A DNA stretch of 64,000 nucleotides. Origin: Takakia lepidozioides (lineage: Eukaryota > Plantae > Bryophyta). Both the position numbers and the translations under genes were made by a program. Shown piece by piece: positions 27,291 to 38,898 of this stretch. Position 1 is the stretch's first letter. Every line of letters starts with the position of its first letter. Below the pieces are notes generated by a model. The model saw only the letters and a list, made by a program, of their open reading frames with translations. It did not search any database and was not told the DNA's origin. The stretch is taken from positions 63,550,001 through 63,614,000 of the forward strand of contig CM060731.1 in assembly GCA_030704615.1 (NCBI GenBank), written 5' to 3'.

Positions 27291-28883
27291 TGAATTTGAA
27301 TAACCGATTCAAACAACTTTGTTGAAGTTCAACTTTGGTCCATATGTGCTTAAGTACGTACAAATCACGTACACAAAGTCGCAAGCGAAGAAATAATCAT
27401 TTGGGCGTGGGTCTAAATATGCCCTAACTGTGGGGTGTCTCACATGTGGTCCACACCCCAGGCAAGAACGGTGTGAAAACAGCCATGACCGTGGCAGGGG
27501 TTGGCTTAGTTTACATGGCATGTTACACACATGTGTGAAATGGGACCATACAATTATTTCCACTGATTGTGGTGTATGGGTTTAGTTAGTACTCCGCTGC
27601 AAATGGAATAAATCATGAACTTCAGAAATCTGCCCTCGGAAAGACGAAGAGGTGGTCGTCGCACTTTGCAATGTAAACCGAATGCAATGCAAGCTTAACA
27701 GTCCTCATATTATGATTGAAGGGAGTCAAATTAAGTGTGACCATATCAGTGCAGGGACATAAATATTAATCATTCAACATTGTAAAATGAAAACAGGGTA
27801 GAGCTAGTACATGGTACCTTTAAAACTTGTTGCAGAGTGCAAAAGGTTTAAAGATCAAAGTGCAAAGGTTTAATTTTTTTCAAAAGTTGCTTGTAGGGTT
27901 TGCAAGAGGTTAATTTTAAAAAAGTTGCCCATCCCGGTAGCTGTGAACAGAGGGTTGGGACTTAGAGCGAGCGAGCAGGAAGGAGAGAGAGAGGGCTGGG
28001 ACTTAGAGCAGCGAGCGGAGGGAGGGCAAACATGGGAGGCCCGCAGTTGGAGCAACCTTCGCATCTGAAAAGCAAGCAACCCGACAAACGCTAGGGTATG
28101 TGGGCGAGGACTAGGTGTCGGCTGAGAGCTCGCCGTTCTGGGGAGAGTCAGCTTGGACTTAGGTCGAGGACAATGTGGTGAGGGCACCTTCTTCTTCGAC
28201 CTATTTCAGCCTGTTTTGCGCTCTCATCAAACTCAGCCTTAAATTTGTAGCACGGAGCAGAGCTGGCATGAGTTTTTAAAGATCCTTCACGATGGTGGGA
28301 CAACCGCAATCGCAAGGTGTGGCTTTTTCTTAATGTACGACGTGAAGAAGTTTGTCCATCCTGCAAATGTCCTGTTAGTACCGTGCTTTGGTATCCTTCC
28401 TGATGTTTACAAGGTTCTTGGAAGAGTCAGCTTGGTCTTAGCAGGCCGTGCTTCAATTTCTGCCCGTTCAGCTGCACCGTGGTGGTTCTCATAGACCAAT
28501 CAGACATTACCTGACTACAGACACAAGCAGCACACACAAGAGGTTCTCTTAGGTTCATGGTCAGTCAAATCCTCCATGGGGGCCAAGGGTCGAGGACAAT
28601 GTGGTGAGGGCACCTTCTTCTTTGACCTATTTCAGCCTGTTTTTCCCTCCCATCAGACTCGGTTGATAGAACTAGGCAGTGGTAATAGAGGCACCTTCTT
28701 CAATACATTTCAGCCTGTTTTCCTTGTTATCAGAGTTGTCCCTAATTTTCATGTTGAATTCTGCAAGTTAGCTCTTGGTGGATCTATGGTACCGGGGTTT
28801 TTGAAGTGATTTGACATGTTACTGCCTATGTGGCAACAGGAAAGTATTGAAAACAGATAACAGAAACTAAGAGAAGCTCTAGA

Positions 28884-29440
28884 ATGAAGGAGCAGGATAG
28901 AGTGTGGGTTGAAATTCATCGAAGCAGGCTGGATTTCAAGCTCCAGATCACCTATGATTCCCTGTGGAAGGATAGCTACAAGAAACTTGCATGGGTAGAT
29001 GGTCAATTGGAAGCCGCGGCAGCAACGGCACAAATGATCAAATCAGGCACCTCAACCATGACCACAACTTCTAGAAGAGGATCAAGAGAGGGAGTCCACA
29101 GTGCCTATTCTGGCACTTCTGGGCATGTCAAGATGCTTTGTGAGGTAGGCAGACTGAATGAGGCTCTACAGACTTTAAACCAATGAGGAATTTCAGCAGA
29201 TTTAGATAAGTATGTTTGTCTCTTGCTTAAGTGCATCAAGAGGAAAGGTTTGGAAGCTGGAAAGCAGGTGCACACTCACATTATGATCCAAAGTGGACTC
29301 ACGCCAACTGTTTTTCTCCTCAACACCCTTGTCAACCTGTATGTTAAGTGCGGGAGCATCATGAATGCTCACCAAGTTTTCAACAGAATGCCTCAACGAT
29401 CTTTGATATCATGGAATACAATGCTGGAAGGATTTACCAC
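28884..29440 (+). pseudogene. PLS-class pentatricopeptide repeat (PPR) gene 5' fragment, copy 1
   Basis: LCEVGRLNEALQTLNQ*GISADLDKYVCLLLKCIKRKGLEAGKQVHTHI...VFLLNTLVNLYVKCGSIMNAHQVFNRMPQRSLISWNTMLEGF shows L, S and P motifs. In-frame TGA at 29184-29186; truncated after ~3 motifs. Confidence 0.9.
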
Positions 29441-29604
29441 GCGTGGGTGTTTGTGTTTGCAGAAGCGTGTGCAAGCTTGGGACCTCTGGAAAATGGGGGA
29501 AAGGGGGCACCTTCTTCAATAGCACAGCGGCTACAAGTGGGTAGATGGTCAATTGGAAACAGCAGCGGCAGCAGCACATTGATAGAACAAGGCACTAGCT
29601 AGGA

Positions 29605-30085
29605 TCAATAGCTACAAGAAACCTGCATGGGTAGATGGTCAACTAAAGGCAGCAGCTGCAATGTCACAGTTGATAAAATCAAGCACCTCAACCAAGACCA
29701 CAACTTTTGGAAGAGGATCAAGAGAGGGAGTCCACAAGCCTCTTCTGGCACTTCTGAAGATGCCTTGTGAGGCACGCAGACTGAAAGAGGCTCTACAAAC
29801 TTTAATTTAAACCAAAGAGGCATTTCAGCAGATTCAGAAACGCATGTCTGTCTCTTGCATAAGTGCATCAAGGTGAAAGGCCTGGAAGTTGGAAAGTAGG
29901 TGCACACTCACATTATCCAAAGTGGATTCACGCCAAATGTTTTTCTCCTCCACACCCTTGTCAACATGTATGTTAAGTGCGGGAGCATCATGGATGCTCA
30001 CCAAGTGTTCAACAGAATGCCTCAACGATCTTTGATCACGTGGAATATCATGTTGGCAGGATTTACCAAGCTTGGGTGTGGTAAG
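29605..30085 (+). pseudogene. PLS-class PPR fragment, copy 2 (tandem partial duplicate)
   Basis: Nucleotide similarity to 28970-29440. Translates to VHTHIIQSGFTPNVFLLHTLVNMYVKCGSIMDAHQVFNRMPQRSLITWNIMLAGFTKLG. Confidence 0.88.
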
Positions 30086-30619
30086 AGTTGGGTGTTTCCT
30101 AGAACAAATCTAGGCTGTCATCGTCAGCTGCTAGCAGCAAGGCAAGGATGTATGCTTGATTTGTGCAGAGGCATGGATAGCTGAAGGAGCAGAAATATAG
30201 TGTGGGTCCAGACTCAGGTGTTTCCGCCTTGGCAGGTTGCTCAGTGACCTTCCTTGATAGCTTTGGAGTATAGTGAATGTCTCACAATGCAATGTTGGTT
30301 GGTGCATCTTATGCAGGAACTTGGAAAACAAACAAATGTCGCTTTTTGGAGCTTTAGGCTGAACCTCTGTGCTGGGTTGCATTGTGCAGCCTGGCCTCTG
30401 CCTCAGACTCAGACTCAGATCTTTGATCTCAGACTCAGACTCAGACTCTTTGATGTCAGACTGAAGTGTATTTGGGCACTGAAGCACTTATGTAATTTTG
30501 AATTATCGTTGCATCTGCTCATTCTATCTGTTGTTTTGGCCATGCTTAGTCAGTTCTTCATGTCATGAGCAGGTTGTTGCCGTGTTGGAATTGTGTTTAG
30601 GTGTCTTTAGATCGTGATA

Positions 30620-31175
30620 CTGACCACAAGCAACCTACGGTGAACTGTGGTATCCTCCACATTTATGTGGAATGTCCTACAACGTAGGTCGTAGTATATT
30701 TCACACCCGCTATGGTCTTCTCCACAGTTATGTGGAATGACCTACAGTATAGGCAGTAAAATACTCCACACCCACACCAAGAGTTGCTCCAAAATACGCC
30801 ACGTGTTGCCCTGACAAAAATACACGTGGTGCCCATACCGTTGCCCAGATGTCGTCAAGCCATGGTGATAGGCTGTCGCATAATTTTCCCGTAGGTGTGG
30901 ACAAGTCCACACCCTTTGTATGTCTAGGATCCACGTGGCGGTGTTCGCCAAAGCACACATCGCCCGTGGAAAAAGCCATTCACCCCGTGAAAAAACCCAC
31001 CTCTGGATTCAGCCACCCGTGGACTTTTCCACAGGGCCACCCGAGAGCCAGGCCGTCCACGGGGTGTCCGAAAGCATTAGTCGTTTCTTACACCCACGAC
31101 AGGTGTGGATTGCGGCTGATTCCACAGCAAAAAGTGTGGAAAAAGCCGTGGAAATAGCCGGTTTCTCTTCTAGTG
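30620..31175 (-). mobile_element. CACTA terminus (element 3) with subterminal repeats
   Basis: TTTCTCTTCTAGTG ending at 31175 (reverse complement CACTAGAAGAGAAA). Clustered CCGTGG/CCACGG/TCCAC motifs lie at 30850-31155. No partner end was found. Confidence 0.8.
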
Positions 31176-31295
31176 GATTATCCCATATGATGGACCCAGG
31201 TGCCATGGCCAAGTAACAAACCATTAAAACATTATGGTACGAGACAAACACAATTGAAAACAACATTTATTCAAACATGATGTAGCGTCAGAGGT

Positions 31296-32601
31296 CTACA
31301 AGTTTCTATCCATCTTCCAACAATTTTTGGGCTTAGGCCAATTGAATAACCCCGTCATGAAACACTTCACAACCTTTTCTAGTTTGTACCGCAACTCTAT
31401 TGTGTCTACACACAAGTTTTCCAAAGCGGAAGCAAAACAGGTTCCAGTAGACATATCGTTGAACAGGCTTGCATCGAACGTGTTACCCCCATTTATTGCC
31501 TGGGCTATCTTCCCAATTGCAAAGGTCTCTAATGGCACGGTTAGAGGGGGCATACGAGGTGTGCCATCTGACTGGTTGTTGGCTACATTATGAACAATTG
31601 CAATTTCAGGTGCAATCCATCATCTATGTGCGAGAGTCTTTATCATATTGTCTCTGCTCTCGAGAATGTACAACGTGGTTTTTGGGTCATCCGTCGTGGA
31701 GGCCATCCCCCAATCGCATACCCCGATGTACACATCTTCAGACCCTTGTGGAAAATGCAACAAGATGTTGTTGGGGGACATGTTGTTGTGCAAGAGGTGG
31801 TGATTATGGACGTTGAGCATGATGTGCAAAAGCGCCCATGCCAATTGGGTGCGATTCTGTCGGAATCGAACTAGTCGTGATTGACCTCCTGCATTTCTGC
31901 TCCGTCCCCCGTCGTTCCATTAACTCCATTGTTATCCCGACCATTCCCCCAATTTCCTGTCAATACTCAACCATGATCGTATGGTCCCCCCATTCCACCA
32001 ATGTGTGTAACTTTCATTTCGACGTGGATGCAACGCAAAATATTTTATGACGCCGAAATGATGGAACTTTACAACCAACGCCTCATTGTTATGTTGGACT
32101 TTGGCAAGCTCAACATTTGTTTCCCTGGGCGTTTTCCCTGCTAGCTCCCAAGATGGAGGAATGAATTGATCCCCAACAATTCTAACCTTCCGAATTGTAC
32201 CATACCCTCCCTGTTTGGGCGCGTCGAGTTGTTGTACCTGTGCGTTTGTGGATGTATCTCACGTTCAATGCGCATCCGCAGACAGAGGCCCTGCCCATGG
32301 GAGTGGTTGGTTTTGTACGTCATTTGGCGTGGGCCTTTGCCATGTCAGACCACCAATCCACAAGCACAAAGAACTCCTCCTCCGAAGTTGGCATGCGACC
32401 TTCAGCTACAGGTGTTCTCGTAACACACTTGTCCATGGTTGCCTCAATTCTATGTGGCATCATGGGCCCGGTCCCTCACCATTTCGTGAACTGGAAACTT
32501 TCGCCCTGTCCTCTCCCATTCATCCCCGGCAAAGCCTCCCTCATTCTCATCTCCATATTGTGACTGGAATCTAAGGAACCCCTCATTCCCATGTCGGACA
32601 T
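31296..32601 (-). pseudogene. Intronless protein kinase (ePK fold), decayed by stops and frameshifts
   Basis: Minus-strand translation gives the kinase subdomains in order: QGGYGTIRKV (I), LAGK (II), HNNEAL (III), HFGVIKYF (IV), YTHWWNGG (V), HNNMSPNNILL (VIb), VCDWGMA (VII), R*WIAPE (VIII), ETFAIG (IX). Candidate ATG at 32601, stop at 31296, AATAAA at 31266-31271 (-). Confidence 0.88.
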
Positions 32602-32833
32602 ATAAAAGATTCAAACGCATTAGTCATTGTCCTTCAAATAATCCAGAGTACCCAAAGCAAACTCTCCCGCAGTCCACGAAAAAAAGGCAAAAACTCTCCC
32701 CCACACAAATCCACTTTCTCCCCCCCCCCCCCCACGCGTAGTCCACTTTCTCCCCACCGAAGTAACTCCAAGAAGCCCCAGAACCACACTCACAGAGAGA
32801 GAAAAAAGTGGGTTGGGAATGAGGGGTAGGCCC

Positions 32834-32840
32834 TTATATA
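32834..32840 (-). promoter_or_regulatory. Putative TATA box of the kinase gene
   Basis: The minus strand reads GTATATAAGGG followed by a CT-rich leader, ~235 bp upstream of the kinase ATG. Confidence 0.5.
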
Positions 32841-32904
32841 CTGCTTGGAGAGGCTTGACGTGCGACCGCCTCTGCTGCCCATTCACGCCTCACCACGTGT
32901 CCAG

Positions 32905-33385
32905 GGAGCGGTCGTACCTAATAACAAAAAAGAAAAAGTCTGCGACCACCATCGGCCGGTGGTCGTACCCATTTAAAAAATAATTAAAAATGTGCGACCA
33001 TCCCCTGCTCGTGGTCGCACCCATTTAAAAAAATAATTAAAAATGTGCGACCATACCCCGCTGGTGGTCGCACCTATTTAAAAAAAAATGGAAAAAGTTG
33101 CGACCACCACTTGCTGGTGGTCGCACTTATTTAAAAAAAATGAAAAAGTTGCAATCACCACCTGCTGGTGGTCGCACCCAATTTAAAAAAAAGAAAAAAT
33201 GTACGACCACCCTCTGCTTGTGGTCGCACTTATTAAAAAAAATGAAAATGCTGCGACCACCACCTGCTGGTGGTCACATCCATTTAAAAAATAAGAAAAA
33301 ATGTGCAACCACCCCCTTTTGGTGGTCGCATCTATTAAAAAAAAATAAAAATTTGTCCGACCAACCTTTGCTGACCGTCGCATGA
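32905..33385. repeat. Array of ~9 hairpin units, ~52-bp period (TGCGACCA-n11-TGGTCGCA plus A-tract spacer)
   Basis: Units start at about 32941, 32993, 33045, 33100, 33150, 33202, 33252, 33304 and 33356, each followed by an ATTTAAAAAA...AAAAA(T/G)T-type spacer. Confidence 0.95.
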
Positions 33386-33594
33386 TTGACAATATAAATC
33401 ATAATATATGAATTTTACAGATAATTAAAGAAGTCCACGTAATGAGGCCACATCGGTTGTCACGTCGGTTTTCATAGTAAATAGTCAATAGTAAAGTAAA
33501 AAATAAACATATTTATGTACAGTAACGTCGGTTTATGACGTGACGTGACGCACTTCCGTCGCTGACGTGTCAACGCCACGTCACGTCCAAATTT

Positions 33595-36500
33595 GCAACT
33601 AGGCATTTCATGCAACTTCGAACGTACGTCTCCACCTCGTCTCGCATCCACGGCCAATAAAATGTTCGTTTTAGTTGTTCGAATATTTTTTCAATTCCAA
33701 CATGTTCTGCTATCATCGTATCATGAGCTTCAAACAAGACTTCTGGCTTCAATGTAGGTTCATCAGGGATCCAAAGTTTACCTTCCTTGAATACCAACCC
33801 TTGAACTTCTGTCACTTTGTCCTTCTTCTTAATGTCCACGATCTCCCCATCGTCTTTAGAAGCCATCGTTATCTTGTTCCACCAATCGGGTTGAATGTTG
33901 ATTTCTGTCAATGTGTTCATGCGCGACATCTTTGTCATTGCATCTGCCAATTGTCGTTTTCCCTCCACATAGACGATCTTCATGTTAAATTGTTGTCGCC
34001 ACTCCGCCACTTCCGCCCAACGATTTGTCTCTTTGATAGACTTTCTGTGTCTCCAAGATCTTTCTGTGTCTCCAAGTACACCAACGGTTTATGGTCTGTC
34101 TCCACTATGAACTCTTTGTCTCCAAGATAGTTTGTCTCTTTGATAGATCTTTTCTGTGTCTCCAAGTACACCAACGGTTTTTGGTCTGTCTCCACTATGA
34201 ACTCTTTGTCTCCAAGATAGTGTTTCCAATGTTTTGTACCCAAAACAATAGCCAATTCTTCTCGTTCGGTTGTATGATAATTTTGTTTCGCAGGTAACAA
34301 TTTGCGAGAAAAATATGTCACTGGGTGTCATCCGTCTTCCCATTCTTGTTGTAACACCTCACCCACTGCTGAGCCTGACGCATCTACCGAGAGCTTGATT
34401 AGTCTTGTCGGATCATACCATTTCAAGATCGGGGCATGAAACAATGCATCATTAAACGCCTAAAATGCTAACTCCTCTTCTGTACCCCACTTCCATTTAA
34501 TTCCTTTGCCCCAAATATTTGTCAATGGTTGGGCAATCTTTGAGAATGCCCGTACAAATCGTCTAGTGCGGAAAACGGTCTTATATACATCTTCATCAGC
34601 GACTCAAATTTGGTTGTATCCACTCCTCAAATCAAAGCTTCGTAAAGTATTTTGCTCCTCGCAGTTGATCAAATAGATCGTCCATGCGTGGTAACGAGTA
34701 CTTGTTCTTCAGTGTGTACTGGTTGAGTGCTCGATAATCAATGCACATGCACATTGCTCCATCTTTTTTCTTCACAAACAACACCGGCTCTCCATACGGG
34801 GATACACTTCGTCTTATAAAGCCTTTTGATAGTAGGTCCTCGACTTGAGCCTTACATTCTTCCAACTCGTTTGGTGCTAATCGATAAGGGACTTTACAAG
34901 AAGGAGTACTACTTGGAACAACCTCAATCTTATGATCTACTTTTCTTTTTGGCGGAAGCCGTGCTGGTAGGTCATCTGGAAAAACATCTTTGAACTCTTT
35001 CAATACACTCTGTAATTCTATAAGGACCTCACTCATCTTTTTTCGGATTTTCCACGTCTCTTATTAAACCTACAAATAATACGTCTTTCTTACATATAGC
35101 TGTAGTACCTATAACAAATGATGGTAGGTTTCGATATGGTGTCCTCACTCGATTTCCCCATATTTTTCAATTCTGGGTTTTGATTATCTTTCGACGCCAA
35201 TCAACATCAGGGTTGTGAGATTCCATCCAAGTCATGCCTAATATTACATCATATCGAGCCAGTCTGACCACTCGTCATTCTAAGGTTTCTCTATATTTAC
35301 CGATCGACAACTCTATGTTTTTAGGTAGTGTCTCAATGGCCTCTGTATGTTCATTTGACATTTCTATTTTTTCTCTTTCATCCTTTTCTAAGAGGAGTCA
35401 TAGTTTCAAGGTAACCTTTCTAGATAAGAAGTTTTCTATTGCCCCAAGGTCTATTAACACTCTCAGAGGTTCCATCTGCCACAATTAACTGTGTCTCTTT
35501 CTTGCCCGCATGATTGATTTTGCCTCTTCCCCTCGCCTTTCCACTTTTTTGTAGAACCAGTAAGACCGCGAGGTGTACTTACTGGTTGTCCTCGTTTTCC
35601 TGCTCATTGTGATGTTCATTATTTTCTCATCTCCTTAAACTGTTAAGAGGTCTTCAATAAGTTTGTCGATTGTACCTTCCACTTCGGCAGTTGGCCGTAA
35701 GATGTCCGTATTTTTCACAGTTGTAACATTGTCTAGTTTCCCTTTGTCCTTCTGTTCGTGAGAATGTTGAGGAGGTCATATCCTTGTCATTCAATTTCAT
35801 TTGCCGTTGTGTATTATCTTCCCCATATCTGATTCCCGGCCTATTTCTTTGAGAGTATTGGAAGTTATCCCGTCTTCGAAGATTTCCAAGCACCATAGGC
35901 GTTGTCCGTATTGGTTCAATGGAACGTGTATACCTTAGTCATATCTTGGTAGCGTCATTTCAATCTTTTGGGCCAATGAAATTGCTTCGTGGACATCAAC
36001 CGGGTTGCGTAAAATTACTTCTCCTTCAATTTTCTTCTTCAATCCTTTTTTGAAGTTGTCTAAAGCTTCTGCAGGACTCATGTCTTCGATTTGGACCTGA
36101 AGATTCAAAAAATCTTCAATGTAATTTTGCACACTTCCGCGTTGTTCCAAATTCCATAATTTCATTCGAGCAGCTGTAACAGCATCTACTGCCTTGAATT
36201 GTTGGAGCAGTCCCGCTTTCAAGGTGCTCCATAGTAAAGGTTCTCCTTTTGCAATGTGTCTTCTCTCCCATATCTGTAACCATGTTGAAGCTTTGTCGAG
36301 TAGAAAAGATCGTATGAACATTCCGTGGTCCAAATCGCTTGATGTAGGAAAATATGACAGATGTACCTCCATTCGATAAATCCATCCTTCTAGCACTTCC
36401 ATGGTGCGACTTTCTTTATACGGCTCGACCTTGTACGTCTTGTTCATCTTTTGGAGTAACGTATCCTACCCATCAGCAATCAGTCCCGGGGCGGTTGATT

Positions 36501-37560
36501 GTCTCACTTGTTTAAGCTTCTCAATCAACATATTGTTTTGTTGTTGGGTCGTGATAAGAACAATCTGCAATTCGTGTAAGCGCTCCATTATCCACACCGT
36601 CTGATCATTGGCTTGATGAGTAGTGTGTGCGTTGTCCACCATTTCTTCATTGTCCGCCATCTTGCTCCACTACTCCTTCCTTCGTGATGTTTGTCTTCTA
36701 AAATTGATGTATACTATCTCTATTCTTTTATCCTAATACAGTATGTAAATAGTGCAATCCCAAACCATCCCGTACGTGACTATTGGTATTACAAAATGGA
36801 TGTTTGAACTCATGACAAGGACTGAACTCATGACTTATACTCCAAATTCTGCAACTAAAATCTTACAAGATGATGTTTGTCGATGGTGCGCACATTGATA
36901 CTAAATACATTTGGCGGTAGAAAATTAGGCGGAAAATGTCTACCTCGATCCATGAACTATGTATATACATATATGTATACCTTCCAATTTTTAATTATAG
37001 GAAAGACGACAGGTCGTGGGTTTTGTAATGCTTCTTGATATTGTTCATCGTCAAATCTTTGTACTATCATATCTCTAATTTCTACCTTACGACGACATAT
37101 AATTTCAAACTCACACTCCGAAGGAAAATCACGGAAATGGGGTTGATTTAAGTCCATAAAAAAATTTATACTATCGTTATGACGCACCATCACTACAATC
37201 TATTCAACACTTAAAAATATTAACAACAAAAATCTCTAAAAAAAACATCTTAAACGAATCCTCCTAAAGAAGGTATTCACTCCCCACTTTAAGAAAGACT
37301 AGGCTCTGATACCATTGTAACACCCAAGATCTACACAAACTAGAATAGAAGTACTTCTCGATTTTTTCCCAAAACAACTCGATGCCTTCTAGGCTTTCAT
37401 TGCATGTTTATATACCCTTCACAATATGATTATTTTAAAGGTTTGACTTGTGTCATGAAGGTGTCCTCCTTCCTATTGGAAGGTGGTAGCCCATCAAGGT
37501 CAAGTGACACCATAAGTTACGCTCCCTTCTGGAGGCGTCCTATATATATACATTTTCATG
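33595..37560 (-). mobile_element. Ty3/Gypsy LTR retrotransposon (chromovirus-type pol), 3'-truncated, RT core deleted
   Basis: LTR end TGTAACACCC at 37316; PBS TGGTATCAGAGC (tRNA-iMet) at 37303-37314 (-); gag 35935-36660; knuckle CYNCEKYGHLTANC; protease LIDLGA (~35440); RT N-half 34632-35036 (CIDYRALN); RNase H 33980-34400 (ETDHKPL); integrase HHCC at 33600-33730. Confidence 0.92.
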
Positions 37561-37564
37561 TATC

Positions 37565-38114
37565 ACCACCAAAGTGGTACCAATCACTGATGTGTATCTA
37601 ACCACTCACAAAGAGACCACCGGCCGAGTGGTTCCAATTTTTTGAAGTGTATTTAACCACTCACTCTCCACCACTTTCCAAGTGGTACCACTCACTGAGG
37701 TGTCTTTAACCACTCTAGATCTACGTACGCTGTCCCAGTCCACGTGGAATATTAGATTTATTCATTAATCTATATTTCCAGATAATAAATCATAAATAAA
37801 AATATTAGTACACGTGGAGTAGCAAGTGGTTTCAACCACTTCAACCACTAACGGTCTACCACTGTACCTATCCACGTGGTATATTATATTTATTAACAAC
37901 AATATATTATCAAATGATAAATTCAAAATAAAAAAATACAATATTACACGTGGAGTACTAAGTGGCTGGAACCACTCCATCTGATGCCCCCGTGGCATTT
38001 CATCGGGATTAACCACCGGCTAGTGGTTACCATTACTGAGCAGTGGTTTATAGAGTGGTAAAAGACAGGAGTGGTTAAAGGGGCCAGTGGTTATTCCGCG
38101 TTTTCCTTCTAGTG
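37565..38114 (-). mobile_element. CACTA element 2 terminus with subterminal repeats
   Basis: TTTTCCTTCTAGTG ending at 38114 (reverse complement CACTAGAAGGAAAA). Many AACCACT/AGTGGTT motifs. Flanked by ATT, the reverse complement of AAT at 38899-38901. Confidence 0.88.
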
Positions 38115-38268
38115 ATTCCAGTGGAATATATAAGATCACAAATGTAAGGGCAGCAATCAAGGTGTTAAGATTGGTACCTTTGTTCCTCACAATATGCAAT
38201 ACATTTGTGTACTATTAAATAAAATGACCCGAAGAGGCTTCCACCTACAATGCTACGGTTACTCTTGT
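38115..38268 (-). pseudogene. Middle fragment of the hAT transposase, inverted
   Basis: The minus strand gives TRVTVAL*VEA / LFGSFYLIVHKCIAY / VRNKGTNLNTLIAALTFVILYIPLE, the region of the second catalytic Asp (YVxDxGxN). It continues from ...EEHDT at 3578 and into LTEPYFG at 38901. Confidence 0.85.
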
Positions 38269-38620
38269 CACTACAGCAAATGGGGAGGGGTTTGCGACGC
38301 CAGCCGCGCCTAACTGGGGAGAATCTAGAAGGTTCTAGATGGAGGAGGAAAGTTCCCTAGAAGTTTCGAAAATAACTAGAAATGTTCTTAAGATGTTTGA
38401 CTTAAAGAAGTTTGACTTGAGGCTCTCAAGTCAAACCTATAAGATATTTATATTATGGAGAGTAGGTCAAATATTTGATAAAGTCATAGTGTGGAGAATA
38501 TGTCAAACCTAGGAAGGTTGACTTTATAAAGTTTTGACTTGACGGTGGTTTGAACCCACAACCACATCCAACGTGATATGTGCCCATTACCACTGGGCTA
38601 CATGCTGGTTGTCGAAAATG
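38269..38620 (+). mobile_element. CACTA element 1 right terminus, now inverted
   Basis: CACTACAGCAAATGGGGAGGGGTTTGCGACGCC resembles CACTACAAGAAAAGGGGGGCCTTTGCGACGCC at 3582. It is preceded by TGT, the reverse complement of the TSD ACA. Confidence 0.82.
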
Positions 38621-38898
38621 TTTAAGTGGTTTGTGCACCTGCGATAGACTTTGAAAAAACAGACAAGTGTCCAAATCATTGTGGGATGATGCTATTGAAT
38701 AGATGGTTTCAAACGTTAAACTTTATTCTGAATTTGAGTCACAGTATTCACTCTCTAAAGCACTTTCCTCAACTGGAATAGTCGTAGGCTGTACAAATGA
38801 CGCTTGAATGGTAGCCAACATAGCCAGCTCTTCTCTATTTAGAGCCGTGGCACCATCTAATGACCTAGGTATGGGCTGATATGATAAGGTAGACGGTT

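Noticed and set aside
32905-33385. CRISPR-like look of palindromic repeats with spacers
   Set aside because: The spacers are near-identical A-tracts rather than unique sequences, the repeats are degenerate, the context is eukaryotic and there are no cas genes.
33459-33595. ACGT-rich segment starting TGTCACG as the 3' LTR of the adjacent Gypsy
   Set aside because: It does not match the 5' LTR end at 37316 (TGTAACACCC), so its origin is unresolved.
3582-38114. Pairing the 3582 TIR with the TAGTG ends at 31175 or 38114 as one intact CACTA
   Set aside because: The TSDs disagree (ACA versus GAT or ATT) and the subterminal motifs differ. The true partner is the inverted end at 38269.
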